Source: Myxococcota bacterium (lineage in GTDB: Bacteria > Myxococcota_A > UBA9160 > UBA4427). From it: 64,000 nt of DNA. The translations under genes were made by a program, and so were the position numbers. Within the stretch, counting starts at the first letter, position 1. Every line of letters starts with the position of its first letter. Below are positions 19,587 to 29,454 of the stretch, one piece after another. Location of the stretch: contig OZ252299.1 in the NCBI GenBank assembly GCA_965250285.1, positions 2,464,001 to 2,528,000 of the forward strand, written 5' to 3'. The notes beneath the pieces are model-generated. The model saw only the letters and a program-made list of their open reading frames with translations. It was not told the DNA's origin and ran no database searches.

Positions 19587-20096
19587 TCACAGCTCGGCCA
19601 GACGATGGAAGCCGGAGTTGTGGAACACGAGCGGGCCCTGCTTCGGTTGCGCGCGCAGCGCCTCGATCCGAAGCAGGACGATCGAGTGATCGCCGGCGTC
19701 CATCTCGTCGTGCAGAGAGCAGTCGAGCCAGGCCGTCGCGTCGCGCAACAGCACCGCGCCCTGAGGCGTCGCGCTGACATGCAGCCCGTCGAAGCTCCGC
19801 TCGGGCGGCGCAGACAGTTGCTCGCACACGCGTCGCTGCGCGTGGGAGAGAAAGCTCAACCCCAGTCGTGTTGCACTGCGTAGCCGAGACCATCGCCGCG
19901 ACCCGTTCATGATGCAGATCGAAACCAGCGGCGGTTCGAGCGAGACCGACGTGAACGAGCTGACCAGGAGGCCGACGGGGCCCTCCGGAGCGAGCGCACA
20001 AACGGCGGCGACGCCGCTCGGAAAGCAGGCGAAGGTGCGCCGCAGCGTCGCGGCGTCGATGGTCTCTTCGAGCGTGCCGGGCGGATGTGCGTTCAC
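19587..20096 (-). CDS. Flavin reductase-like protein (HpaC/HsaB family)
   Basis: FACFPSGV, SSFTSVSLEPPLVS, AGDHSIV, PLVFHNSGF. Confidence 0.92.
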   Translation of the reverse strand: MNAHPPGTLEETIDAATLRRTFACFPSGVAAVCALAPEGPVGLLVSSFTSVSLEPPLVSICIMNGSRRWSRLRSATRLGLSFLSHAQRRVCEQLSAPPERSFDGLHVSATPQGAVLLRDATAWLDCSLHDEMDAGDHSIVLLRIEALRAQPKQGPLVFHNSGFHRLAEL

Positions 20097-20172
20097 GATT
20101 CGACTCCCGTTCGGATCCAGATCGACGTCACGACCTCGGCACGAAGGCCGCCGAGCCCGCCGCAGAACCCGT

Positions 20173-20742
20173 TCATTGCGCGGCGCCGCCCGGCGCCGTC
20201 CCGTCGGGCGGCCAGGCCGCGAGCCCTTCGTCGAGCGGGACCTCGAGGCTCTTCATCAGGTCGGAGAGCATCTTCCAGCAGCCGATGATCGTCACGAGCT
20301 CGATCCGCTCGCGGTCGGTCGAGAAGTGCGTCGCCAGCTCAGCCCACGCTGCGCTCGACAAAGCGCCGTGCTCAATCGTTTCGTCCACGGCCCGCAGAGC
20401 CGCGCGCTCTCTGGCTGACCAGTGGTCGTGCGCCCACCAGTCCCGAACCGCGAGCAAGTCATGCTCTTCGACATCGTGGAGCAGCGCGATCCGCCAGTGC
20501 TGCGACCACTCGTAGCCGCCGCGGTTCGCCCAACCGATGCGCATGACGATCAGCTCGCGCAGGCGCGCTTCGATCTCGCTCACGCCGACGAGTACGTCGG
20601 TCAGATCGCTGAGTCGCTTGGCGAGCAGCGGTTGACGAAGCAGCACGCGATAGATGGAGAGCCCGGCCTTCAGCTCGAAGAGGTCGACGTGCGCCGCAGC
20701 GGCCCTTGCTTCGTCGATCGTGAGCAGGGGGATCCGACTCAT
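20173..20742 (-). CDS. Carboxymuconolactone decarboxylase / AhpD-like family protein
   Basis: RLRELIVMRIGW...YEWSQH, ERAALRAVDE. Confidence 0.85.
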   Translation of the reverse strand: MSRIPLLTIDEARAAAAHVDLFELKAGLSIYRVLLRQPLLAKRLSDLTDVLVGVSEIEARLRELIVMRIGWANRGGYEWSQHWRIALLHDVEEHDLLAVRDWWAHDHWSARERAALRAVDETIEHGALSSAAWAELATHFSTDRERIELVTIIGCWKMLSDLMKSLEVPLDEGLAAWPPDGTAPGGAAQ

Positions 20743-20745
20743 CGG

Positions 20746-21921
20746 CTACACCATCAGGCTCTCGACCGGCTGGTCGAGCAGCGTGCGCCCGTAGTCGGCG
20801 TAGCGCACCTCACGATCGAAGATCACGTGGTTCGACCCGATCGTGATGTCGCGCAGGGCGCGCTGGATCGGACTGTCGAGGCGACCGCCGCTGGCGCCCG
20901 TGACGGAGACGATGTCTTGCACGGCGCTTCGGCACATGAAGACGGCGTGCGACATGCGGGTCAGCCAGCCGTTACGCGTCTCGCGCGACGCCGCGTTTCG
21001 CTGCTCCATCACGTCCCGCAAGACGTCTCGCAGGAGCAATTCGGCCGCCTCGATCTCGAGCGCGGCGGCGGCGACGACCGAGGGCTTGCCCTCGTCCTTG
21101 ACCGCCCCGCCCGCACGGAGCTGCTTCGCAGCGATCTTCGCTTTCGTCTGGGTCTGATACTCCTCGAGAGCCCCCTGCGCCGCACCGAGGATCGAGAGGG
21201 CCGACGCAAAGCCGAGAATCGGCATCAGCGGCGTCCGGTAGAGCGGGCCATCGTGGAGCTCGCTCGTGCTCTCGGCGCTCGTGAGGTCGAACATCGCCAC
21301 GGTGCGTTCGACGGGCACGAACACGTCGTCGATCTCGATGTCGAACGATCCCGTCGAGCACATCCCGGCCACGTACCACGTATCGATGGCCTTCACCTCG
21401 TCGCGCGGAAGCGCGAAGAAGAGCGGCTTGATCTGGCCATCGTCGTCCGTCATGAGCGCGCCCACCATCACCCAGTCGGCGTGGACGATCCCGGTGCCCC
21501 ACTGCCAGCGACCGCTCAGGCGGTAGCCGCCGTCGACCTCTTTGGCAGATCCGCCGGCCATGCTGAGTGACCCGGGCGCGAGAACGTAGGAGCGATCGGC
21601 AAAGAGCTGCTTCTGAAAGGCTTCGGGGAAGCCGCAGAACCAGAACGAGTGCTCCATGTAGAAGGCGACGAGCCACCCCATCGATGCGTCGGCGCGCGAG
21701 AGCGTGAGCGACACCTCGAAGAACGTGTCGAGATCGGCCTCGTGCCCGCCGTAGCAGCGCGGGACCATCAGCGAGAAGAGCCCGCTCTCGCGGATCGCAT
21801 CGATGACCTCATCGAGTGGCTGACGCGCGATCTCGGCCTCGCGCGCCTTGGCGCGGAGCAGCGGCACGAGCTTCTCGGCCGCTTCGATCAGAACTGCGGG
21901 TTCGAGGGGGGCATTCGACAT
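20746..21921 (-). CDS. Acyl-CoA dehydrogenase-fold flavin-dependent monooxygenase (HsaA-like)
   Basis: GLFSLMVPRCYGG, GYRLSGRWQWGTGIVHADW, DTWYVAGMCSTGS, PIQRALRD; ATG 21921 after AAGGAG. Confidence 0.9.
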   Translation of the reverse strand: MSNAPLEPAVLIEAAEKLVPLLRAKAREAEIARQPLDEVIDAIRESGLFSLMVPRCYGGHEADLDTFFEVSLTLSRADASMGWLVAFYMEHSFWFCGFPEAFQKQLFADRSYVLAPGSLSMAGGSAKEVDGGYRLSGRWQWGTGIVHADWVMVGALMTDDDGQIKPLFFALPRDEVKAIDTWYVAGMCSTGSFDIEIDDVFVPVERTVAMFDLTSAESTSELHDGPLYRTPLMPILGFASALSILGAAQGALEEYQTQTKAKIAAKQLRAGGAVKDEGKPSVVAAAALEIEAAELLLRDVLRDVMEQRNAASRETRNGWLTRMSHAVFMCRSAVQDIVSVTGASGGRLDSPIQRALRDITIGSNHVIFDREVRYADYGRTLLDQPVESLMV

Positions 21922-21985
21922 CTCGATCTCCTTGGGGGTCGACCGCGGTTGGCTCCGCGATCGCGTTGAGATGGGCAAGGGGGCG

Positions 21986-22618
21986 CTAGTGAAGCTCCAG
22001 CGGTTCGCGCGCAATCTGCGCGGCTTCGTCGGCGGGGATCCCGAGCACGCGCAGGACGAGCTCGGCGGTGTGCTCGGCGACATGATCGACGCGCACCTCG
22101 TCATCGAGCGAAGCGATCACGCCGATGAGCGCCCCATCGATGAAGCTCCAGGCCGTGGATGGGTCGGCCAAGTCGTAGCGGCCACTCTCGAGACCGTGCC
22201 GCGCGTCGTCGAGGGGCGGCGCGCCCATGCCCGCGATGAGACGACGAAAAGACGTGCCCGAGCGCGCGTACCAGCGCCAGAGCGGATCGTCGGCAATGGC
22301 TTGCAGCAGGATCCGCAGGCCGAGCGACATGCGCAGCGCAGGGTCGGTCGCGCCGCGCGCAGCCCGATCGACCTGCGCGTGCACCTCTTCCGACAGGTGC
22401 TCGATGACCGGCCCGAGCACGTCGGCCTTGGTCTTGAAGTGCAGATAGAAGGTGCCGTGGCCGACGTCGGCGGCCTCGGTGATGTCCTGGATCGTGACCG
22501 CCTCGACGCCGCGCTCGCGCATCAGGCGCTCGGCGGTCTCGACGATCCGCGCGCGCGTCGACGCCCGGCGGCGCTCGACCCGTGTCAGTTCCCCGCTGCC
22601 CGTGCTCTGAGAAGCCAT
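21986..22618 (-). CDS. TetR family regulator
   Basis: TIQDITEAADVGHGTFYLHFKTK HTH. Confidence 0.93.
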   Translation of the reverse strand: MASQSTGSGELTRVERRRASTRARIVETAERLMRERGVEAVTIQDITEAADVGHGTFYLHFKTKADVLGPVIEHLSEEVHAQVDRAARGATDPALRMSLGLRILLQAIADDPLWRWYARSGTSFRRLIAGMGAPPLDDARHGLESGRYDLADPSTAWSFIDGALIGVIASLDDEVRVDHVAEHTAELVLRVLGIPADEAAQIAREPLELH

Positions 22619-22625
22619 ACCGTGA

Positions 22626-22674
22626 TTATGACTGCAGTCATAAATGATGCAATACTAAAATTGACGTTAGTCAT
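22626..22674. promoter_or_regulatory. Tandem TetR operator sites
   Basis: Perfect 18-bp palindrome TTATGACTGCAGTCATAA (22626-22643) plus related TTGACGTTAGTCAT (22661-22674), just upstream of tetR. Confidence 0.75.
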
Positions 22675-23288
22675 GTTTTTCGATCGACTCTACGACACCA
22701 GGGACCCAAGTGCCTGCCTCGCCTCGTTTTCTGGCTTCGGAGCGGACGCCATCAGGTTTCGAACGACATCGAGAAGACGCCCGCCCGGAGCGGATTCGCG
22801 ATGGGGTCGGGGCCGGTCCGGCCCGGATCCGCTCCGAAGCCGTTCGCGACCGCACGCGATCGGGGTCCGCCCACGAGGTGGACCAGGCGGTGATCGACGA
22901 GTCGAGCACCGCGCGTGCGATCTGGAGACCGCGCAAAGGCCGCGACTCGGCGAGGCTCGACGGCGTCCTCGAGGGCGGTCGGCTCGGTCTCGAGGCAGTC
23001 GGGCAGGACGCGCGGTCTCGAACCCATCTGGCCCAACGGGCGGGGGCCGATGCGATTCGGGGACGGGGTCGATCGCGCGAACGTTTGGTGCATCGCGCGG
23101 ATGGGCGACCTTGCAACAGGCGAAGCGGACCGCTTCGCCTACCGCGTCGAGCCCGGCTGAGGCAGAGTCACGAACTCGAACGCGCACTGGACCGCGTGGC
23201 AGTCCGTGAGTAGGTGACGCAAAGAATTGTCGGCGCGTCGAGCAAGGGACGCGGCTGCACGCACCTGCCCGCACAGAGGGGAAGATGC

Positions 23289-23840
23289 ATGAAGATCCTG
23301 ACCGTCATCGGAAGCCTTCGCGCCGCGAGCTTCAGCCGAAAGCTCGGCGCAGCGGTCGAGGCCCTCGCGCCCGAGGCGATCGAGATCGACACGACGGACG
23401 GGGGCGCCCTGCCCCTCTACAACCAGGATCTCGACGGCGACGAGAAGCCCGCCGCCGTTCGAACGCTCCTCGATCAGGTGAGCTCGGCAGACGGTCTCGT
23501 CTTCGTCACGCCCGAATTCAACTACGGCATCCCGGGCCCGCTCAAGAACCTGATCGACTGGGCCTCGCGCCCCGCCTTCAACTCACCGCTCAAGGCGAAG
23601 CCGTCGCTCGTGATCGCGCACTCGCTCGCGCCTTCGGGTGGCGCGCGTGCGCACGCTCAGCTCTCGAGCGTGCTGGCCGGCACCCTGACCCCGACCTACC
23701 TCGCGCCGAGCTTCGTGGTCCCACAGATCCATGAGAAGTTCGATGATGCGGGCGCGCTCGCCGACGAGATCACGAAGATCCGGCTCGAGGCCACGCTGGC
23801 CGACTTCGCCGACTGGGCGAAGAGCCAGGGCGCTGCCTGA
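23289..23840 (+). CDS. NADPH-dependent FMN reductase (ChrR/SsuE family)
   Basis: GSLRAASFS, FVTPEFNYGIPGPLKNLIDWASRP, GGARA. Confidence 0.93.
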   Translation: MKILTVIGSLRAASFSRKLGAAVEALAPEAIEIDTTDGGALPLYNQDLDGDEKPAAVRTLLDQVSSADGLVFVTPEFNYGIPGPLKNLIDWASRPAFNSPLKAKPSLVIAHSLAPSGGARAHAQLSSVLAGTLTPTYLAPSFVVPQIHEKFDDAGALADEITKIRLEATLADFADWAKSQGAA

Positions 23841-23966
23841 CGGGCGACGCCGCGCACACGTGCGGGCAATCGGCGCCGTGCCTTGGGCGATCAGGACGGC
23901 GGATGGGTCGAGCGAGCGTGGCGCGTGGCCCGGCGTCGATCGACGACGAGGCCCTTTCGCTCGGCG

Positions 23967-24140
23967 TCAGTAGCCGACCTCGTTGTGACGCAGGAGCTCG
24001 AGGTGCGAACGCCGCTCGCGCATGTCGTCGAGCACGCGCTGAAGCAGCTCTTGCGTGTCCTTCTCCTTGCTCTCGCGCAAGGCGGTGCTGACGGCGTACA
24101 TCCATTCGTCGACCGTGCGAATGTCGATCGGCTTGTTCAT
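23967..24140 (-). CDS. Small hypothetical protein (57 aa), not in ORF track
   Basis: GAGGAG RBS; MNKPIDIRTVDEWMYAVSTALRESKEKDTQELLQRVLDDMRERRSHLELLRHNEVGY*; GC3-rich codons. Confidence 0.7.
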   Translation of the reverse strand: MNKPIDIRTVDEWMYAVSTALRESKEKDTQELLQRVLDDMRERRSHLELLRHNEVGY

Positions 24141-24358
24141 TCGTGGCTCCTCGGGCTGGTTTGACGCGCCGCAGCACGTTAGCGGATCCGATCGGTCGCC
24201 ATGAACGGCCGAAGCACGGATTCGCGCCCCTCGCCGTGCCGATTCATTCCCTCCTTGGCTCTGATCAACACAAACGGTCGGCGCGATGCGGTGCGGCGGG
24301 CCGGCGGGCCGGCCGAGACGCCGCGAGATCCCATCGACTCGGCTCGGCGACGGGGGGA

Positions 24359-24979
24359 TCAGCTCTCGGCACCCACTCCGAGGGACGCGACGAAGATCCG
24401 CTGAAGGCGAGCCACTTCCGCACCCGACACGCTCGGCGTGTCGCTCTTGTCGAAGAAGAGACTCTGATCGAGGATCGCGATGACCGCGCCCAGCGCCTGC
24501 TGGACGTTGGTGACGTGACGGTCCTTGCGCTTGGCGGTGCGGGTCGTGTGCTCGGCGACGAGCTCGGCGATCGCGCGAACGAGCTTGACTGCCCGCTCGA
24601 CGAAGAGCGGGTCGTCGAGCGACTCGATCATCGTCGCGCGCAAGATGCCGCGGTGCTCGACATGGAACCGGACGAGCTCGGGCACCAACTGCTCGGCGAG
24701 CTCGGTCGGTGTCACCGCCTTGAACTCGGCTGTGTCGATGAAGTCGCGCATGTCGTCGACCGAGCTCTCTGCGAGCTCGTCGTGCAGGTAGTGGAGCAGC
24801 GCCCTCTTCCCCTTGAAGCGCGCATAGAACGAGCCGGCGGACGAATCCGCTGCGCGGACGATGTCCTGGACGGTGAGCTCACTGAACGTGTGCGTGCGAA
24901 GCAGCTCCTTCGTCGCCTTCGAGATGGCGTCGAGAGTGTCCTGGCTGCGGCGCTGACGAGGCGGGCTGAGGTCTTTCAT
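24359..24979 (-). CDS. TetR family regulator
   Basis: RQRRSQDT, LTVQDIVRAADSSAGSFYARFKGK. Confidence 0.92.
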   Translation of the reverse strand: MKDLSPPRQRRSQDTLDAISKATKELLRTHTFSELTVQDIVRAADSSAGSFYARFKGKRALLHYLHDELAESSVDDMRDFIDTAEFKAVTPTELAEQLVPELVRFHVEHRGILRATMIESLDDPLFVERAVKLVRAIAELVAEHTTRTAKRKDRHVTNVQQALGAVIAILDQSLFFDKSDTPSVSGAEVARLQRIFVASLGVGAES

Positions 24980-24993
24980 GGCATCCCAAACAA

Positions 24994-25009
24994 AATTAGT
25001 ATTCTAATT
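24994..25009. promoter_or_regulatory. Probable TetR operator
   Basis: AATTAG-TATT-CTAATT inverted repeat in the AT-rich divergent intergenic region. Confidence 0.55.
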
Positions 25010-25134
25010 CTATTTTCTGCTAGGGTGCGTGTCAAGGCGACGCACACGGCCGGGTCGCCGTCGCCACATCGAAAGAGAGCGGCGCCGAAAAGGTGGTGAG
25101 GCGGCGTCTGCCGGCCGACTCGAGGAGAAGCTCC

Positions 25135-25926
25135 GTGAACCTCATCGACCTGACGCGCAGGCTCGACGCCGCCGATGCCGAACGCATCCCGAAGGTCGCG
25201 CGGCCAGCGGCGACGGTGCTCGTGCCCGAGGTGATCGTGCGGAACGACCCCGCCGTCGAAGGCGCGGAGCAACTCTGCGCCATCTTCGGGTGCACGCGGG
25301 AAGACCTGCCGGACGGCGAGGGCTGGGGCGACGAGCGCATCCAGATCAACACGCATCTCGGCACACACGTCGACGCCCCCCTGCACTACGGCACGACCTG
25401 TGAGGGGGCGCCCTCGCGGACCATCGGCGACATTGGGCTCGAGGAGCTCTACTGCGACGGCATCGTGCTCGACGTCCGTGAGGACGCGAAGCCCGGCGAG
25501 GGCATCTCGGTCGAAGCGCTGAAGCGCGCCGTCCATCGGAGCGGCGCCGAGATCGGGCCGGGCACCGCCGCGCTCATTCGCACCGGACAGGAGCGCTACG
25601 ACCTCGACGATCCCGAGTTCTACTGGTACCCGGGGATGACCCGTGCGGGCACCCTCTTCCTGGCTGAGCTCGGCGCCAAGGTGTTGGGGACGGACGCCGT
25701 GGGCTGGGATCGCCCCCTCATGGAGATGCGCCGCGCCTTTCAAGAGTCTGGCGATGCGAGCGAGATCTGGGACGGTCACTTCGCCGGGCGCGACCGCGAG
25801 GTCTTCATCGTGCAGCAGCTCGCCAACCTCGCCTCGGTGCCGACTTCCGGCTTCAAGGTCGGGTTTTTCCCGCTCGCCCTCGCCGGCCTCAGCGCATCGC
25901 CCGCGCGGGTCGTCGCGTTCGTCTGA
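25135..25926 (+). CDS. Cyclase family metal hydrolase (kynurenine formamidase-like)
   Basis: LIDLT, HLGTHVDAPLH, ALIRTG, LGTDAVGWD, SASPARVVA; GTG 25135 after GAGGAG. Confidence 0.9.
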   Translation: MNLIDLTRRLDAADAERIPKVARPAATVLVPEVIVRNDPAVEGAEQLCAIFGCTREDLPDGEGWGDERIQINTHLGTHVDAPLHYGTTCEGAPSRTIGDIGLEELYCDGIVLDVREDAKPGEGISVEALKRAVHRSGAEIGPGTAALIRTGQERYDLDDPEFYWYPGMTRAGTLFLAELGAKVLGTDAVGWDRPLMEMRRAFQESGDASEIWDGHFAGRDREVFIVQQLANLASVPTSGFKVGFFPLALAGLSASPARVVAFV

Positions 25927-25980
25927 AAGCCCTTGCCCGCGGTCGGCGCCGGCAGACGGCGCCCCGCATCGAGGTGGGTC

Positions 25981-27129
25981 ATGCCCGAGGTCAGCGAGAA
26001 AATTCCCGAACGACTCCGGCCGCGCGTCGACGCGGCGGTTGCCTGGTTCAATGACACCGAGCAGTCGGCGGGCGCCGAGTTCGAGGTGACGGGCATCCTC
26101 GACGCAGACGCGGCCCTGGCTGGCTCGAACGAGCTGCGGCTGATCCTCTGCGGCGGCGACCGATGCGAGCAGCGCTCGTTCACGGTCACCGGCAACGACG
26201 GTGCGTGGGCGGTCGCGTTCGCCGAGAACGCACCGACCCCTCCAGAGGGGCAGCCCCAGGCCGAGCTCGACCCGCCGCCAGGCCCGCGACTCCGGTGGCT
26301 CGACGAAAAGCTCGGGCAGCACGCCTTCATCGTCCTGCTCTTCTACCGGGGCTTCTGGTGACCGCCCTGTCGCTCCGAGTTGCGGAGCTACGTTGAGCAA
26401 GGAGTCGTCGACCGCATCCGAAGCGCGGGCGGGGAGATCTACGCCATCTCGAGTGAACCGCAGCAGCTGGCCGACCGCGCCCATGACGACTGGGCGCTCG
26501 ACTTCGAGAACGTCGGCGACCCACATCAGGAAATCTCACGCACCTGCAGCGAACGCGGCTGGCTGACGCTCTACGCAAACCAGGGCAGCCTGGCGTTTCT
26601 GCAGCGGGGCGCGAGCTGGAAGATCGAGCATCCGAAGGGGTACTTTCAACCCGGGGTGCTAGCGGTGACACGCGAGGGACGCGTGCTGTACCGATGGCGC
26701 TCCGTGCCGTCGGCCGAGAACATGCAGGGAACGCTCGCGCGGCCCACCGCGAGGCACGCATGGGGTGCCATCGAGCGGGCGCTCGAAGCGGGAGGAGCGA
26801 TCGGCGACGCAGCGCTCGACGACGATCCCGAGGTCGACTCGAAGCCCGCACCGCGCCCCCTCTTCATTGCCGCCCTGTTGGCGAACGGATGGTTTCTTCG
26901 GGTCAAGTCGCTGGTGTACTCACCCGGCGCGAAGACGGGGGCCCAGCGCTTTCCGGCCCTGCTCGCGCGCTGGCTGCTCTTCTTCGCGTTCTGGGCCGTG
27001 GCGTTCGCGCTGCTTCCGATCCCGCCGGTCGCACTCGCCTTCGCGGGCTGGATCCTCTGGGTGCGACGAGACATCCGGCGAATGCTCGGTGGCGCGAGCG
27101 TGCAGAAGGAGCTGGTCCCGGAGCGCTGA
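25981..27129 (+). CDS. Predicted selenoprotein: AhpC/TSA (Prx-like) thioredoxin-fold protein with UxxC (Sec at TGA 26359-26361) and C-terminal TM anchor
   Basis: ORFs 25933-26361 and 26380-27129 are in frame; junction reads LLFYRGFW-TGA-PPCRSELRSY; followed by IYAISSE, GDP, QPGVLAVTREGRVLYRW; SECIS-like hairpin follows the UGA. Confidence 0.85.
26372..26388 (+). promoter_or_regulatory. Bacterial SECIS-like hairpin
   Basis: GCTCCG-AGTTG-CGGAGC, a 17-nt stem-loop beginning 10 nt after the in-frame UGA. Confidence 0.7.
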
Positions 27130-27150
27130 GCCGCGGGGCAGACGTCGAAC

Positions 27151-28635
27151 ATGCCGCCGGATCCGACTCGCCCCATGCCCGCCCCGCCCGAAGAAGATGC
27201 ATCCCGGAGCGACGCGCATCGGCTGCCGCTTCGCACCAAGACAGCCTTCGGTGTAGGCGGCATCGCAGAGGGTGCACTCAGCATCGCGTTCTCGACGTTC
27301 GCGATGCTCTTCTATCGCAATCAGCTCGATCTCTCGGGCACCCTGGCCGGCATCGCGCTCACGATCGCGCTCGTGTTCGATGCGATCTCCGATCCGCTGG
27401 TCGGCTCGGTCTCGGACCGGGTGCGGACGCGACTCGGACGGCGTCACCCCTTCCTGTTCATTGCACCGATCCCGCTCGGTGCCTGTTTCACGGCGATCTT
27501 CATGCCGCCGGAGGGTCTCGGGACCGCGGGGCTGTTTCTCTGGCTGACGGGCTTCTCGATCCTGATGCGGACGTTCCTGACCTTCTATCAGGTGCCGCAT
27601 CTCGCGCTCGGAGCCGAGCTGTCGCCGAACTATCTCGAGCGGACGCGCGTCATGAGCCACAACGCGATCTACCAGCTCGTGGGCGGCGCATCGACGTTCT
27701 TCCTCGGCTGGACGTGGTTCGGATCGGTCGAGGGGGGCGTCGCATCACGCAGCGCGTTCGGCGTGATGGCAGCCGGCGTCGCGATCGCTTCGGCGCTGGC
27801 GATCCTGGCATCGGCGTTCTTCACCCGAGACCGGATCCCGACCCTCTACGTTCCGCCCGTCGATCATCACGGCTTCTCGATGGCGTCGCTGACCGCCGAG
27901 ATCGCGGACTGCCTCAGGAACCGCAACTACGTCATGCTCCTCCTGGGGCTCGTCTGCCTCGGCGCGATGGCCGGCCTGCGTGAGAACCTCACGAGCTTCA
28001 TGAACCTGTTCTTCTGGGAGCTCCCCGAAGACAAGATTCGGTGGATGGCCACGGCATCACCGCCGAGCTTCATCCTGGCGTTCATCGTGACCACCCGACT
28101 GCACGCGCGGATCGACAAGCGCGAGACGATGCGGGGCGCCATCGTCATCGTGATGCTGGCGGGCTTCCTGCCGGTCTTGTTTCGCTTCGTCGGCCTCTTT
28201 CCCGAGAACGGCTCGTCCGCCCTCTTCCCGCTTCTGCTCGCAAGCGTCTTCTGCTTCTACACGGGCGTGGCCATCCTCACCATCACCGTCATGTCGGCGC
28301 TCGCCGATGTCGCGGACGAGCACGAGCTCAGAACGGGGCGCCGGCAGGAGGGCATCTTCTACGCCGCCCGCACGTTCTTCGGGAAGGTCACGACAGCGAT
28401 CGGATCGCTGCTCTCGGGGTTCGGGCTCGATGTCATCGGATTCTCGGCTCACTCCGTGCCCGGCGAGGTGGCAACCGGGGTGATCACCGGCCTCGGCGTG
28501 CTCGACGCGGTGGTGCCCGCCGTGCCCGCCGTGCTGGCGATCTTCTTCTACAGCGCATACGGGATCGACAGACGCACGCACGACGAGATCCGCGCAGCGC
28601 TCGACGCCCGCGCTTCGATTGCCTCCGAGGTGTGA
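27151..28635 (+). CDS. MFS/GPH family (MelB/UidB-like) cation symporter
   Basis: FDAISDPLVGSVSDRVRTRLGRRHPF, PHLALGAELS..Y.ER, ADVADEHELRTGRRQEGIF; about 12 TM. Confidence 0.92.
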   Translation: MPPDPTRPMPAPPEEDASRSDAHRLPLRTKTAFGVGGIAEGALSIAFSTFAMLFYRNQLDLSGTLAGIALTIALVFDAISDPLVGSVSDRVRTRLGRRHPFLFIAPIPLGACFTAIFMPPEGLGTAGLFLWLTGFSILMRTFLTFYQVPHLALGAELSPNYLERTRVMSHNAIYQLVGGASTFFLGWTWFGSVEGGVASRSAFGVMAAGVAIASALAILASAFFTRDRIPTLYVPPVDHHGFSMASLTAEIADCLRNRNYVMLLLGLVCLGAMAGLRENLTSFMNLFFWELPEDKIRWMATASPPSFILAFIVTTRLHARIDKRETMRGAIVIVMLAGFLPVLFRFVGLFPENGSSALFPLLLASVFCFYTGVAILTITVMSALADVADEHELRTGRRQEGIFYAARTFFGKVTTAIGSLLSGFGLDVIGFSAHSVPGEVATGVITGLGVLDAVVPAVPAVLAIFFYSAYGIDRRTHDEIRAALDARASIASEV

Positions 28636-28730
28636 TCTCGACGCCGAGCTCGCGCGTGGTCTGGGCGATCGCAGACGCGTCGGCGCACCGGCCCGCCGCG
28701 GACACGACCTCCCTGCACCGGGCCCATTTC

Positions 28731-28775
28731 AGTACGAAAGTACGAATAATATTGCATATTCTAGTATGATCGTAC
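28731..28775. promoter_or_regulatory. Two related operator sites upstream of tetR
   Basis: AGTACGAAAGTAC (28731-28743) and AGTATGATCGTAC (28763-28775) in an AT-rich patch. Confidence 0.6.
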
Positions 28776-28786
28776 AATATAGGGCG

Positions 28787-29422
28787 ATGGCACCCGTCCG
28801 ATCCCGCCAGCCTCAGGCCCGCGCGCTCGAGACCCGCGAGCGGCTCGTCGCGAGCGCGCTGCATGAGTTTGCAGAGCGGGGCTTCGGCGGCGCCTCCACA
28901 CGGCACATCACCGAGCGCGCCGGCGTCGCCCTCGCGTCGCTGCCCTACCACTTCAAGACCAAGGACGCGCTCTGGCGAGCCGCAGCCGATCACATCTTCG
29001 GTGTGTTCATCGAACAGTTCACGCGCCGGATCGAGGGCCTCGCCGGCGTCGATCCGCTGACGTGCTTGCGGCTCGTCTTGAGAGACTTCGTCTTCTTCTC
29101 CGCGGCGCATCCCGAGCTCCACCGATTCCTCTTGCAGGACGGCGCGGAGAAGACGGCCCGGCTCGAATGGCTCGTCGAGCGGCACGTGCGGCCGATCCTC
29201 GATCAGCTGCAGCGCCTCTTCGACGACCTGGCCGACACCGGATATCCCGTCGACCGAGATTCGAGCCAGCTCTTCTATCGATTGGTAGGTGCAACTGCGA
29301 CCGCGTTTGCGGCGTCTGCGCAGGTCGAACTGCTGACCGGTCGCGATCCGTTCTCGAAAGCCAGCGTCGAAGCCCATGCCGACGCGATGGTTCGCCTCTT
29401 CTTTCCAGACCCCCCTGCCTAG
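28787..29422 (+). CDS. TetR family regulator
   Basis: FAERGFGGASTRHITERAGVALASLPYHFKTKDALW. Confidence 0.92.
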   Translation: MAPVRSRQPQARALETRERLVASALHEFAERGFGGASTRHITERAGVALASLPYHFKTKDALWRAAADHIFGVFIEQFTRRIEGLAGVDPLTCLRLVLRDFVFFSAAHPELHRFLLQDGAEKTARLEWLVERHVRPILDQLQRLFDDLADTGYPVDRDSSQLFYRLVGATATAFAASAQVELLTGRDPFSKASVEAHADAMVRLFFPDPPA

Positions 29423-29454
29423 GCGAGCCATTCACGCCATCAGGAGCCCCCATC

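Noticed and set aside
22680..23213. Overlapping ORFs between tetR and the FMN reductase
   Set aside because: No RBS, motif or consistent coding frame; may be a decayed gene but I cannot identify it
25933..27129. Two separate genes or a nonsense pseudogene
   Set aside because: The stop is TGA exactly at the first redox Cys position with a SECIS-like hairpin, so Sec read-through explains it better
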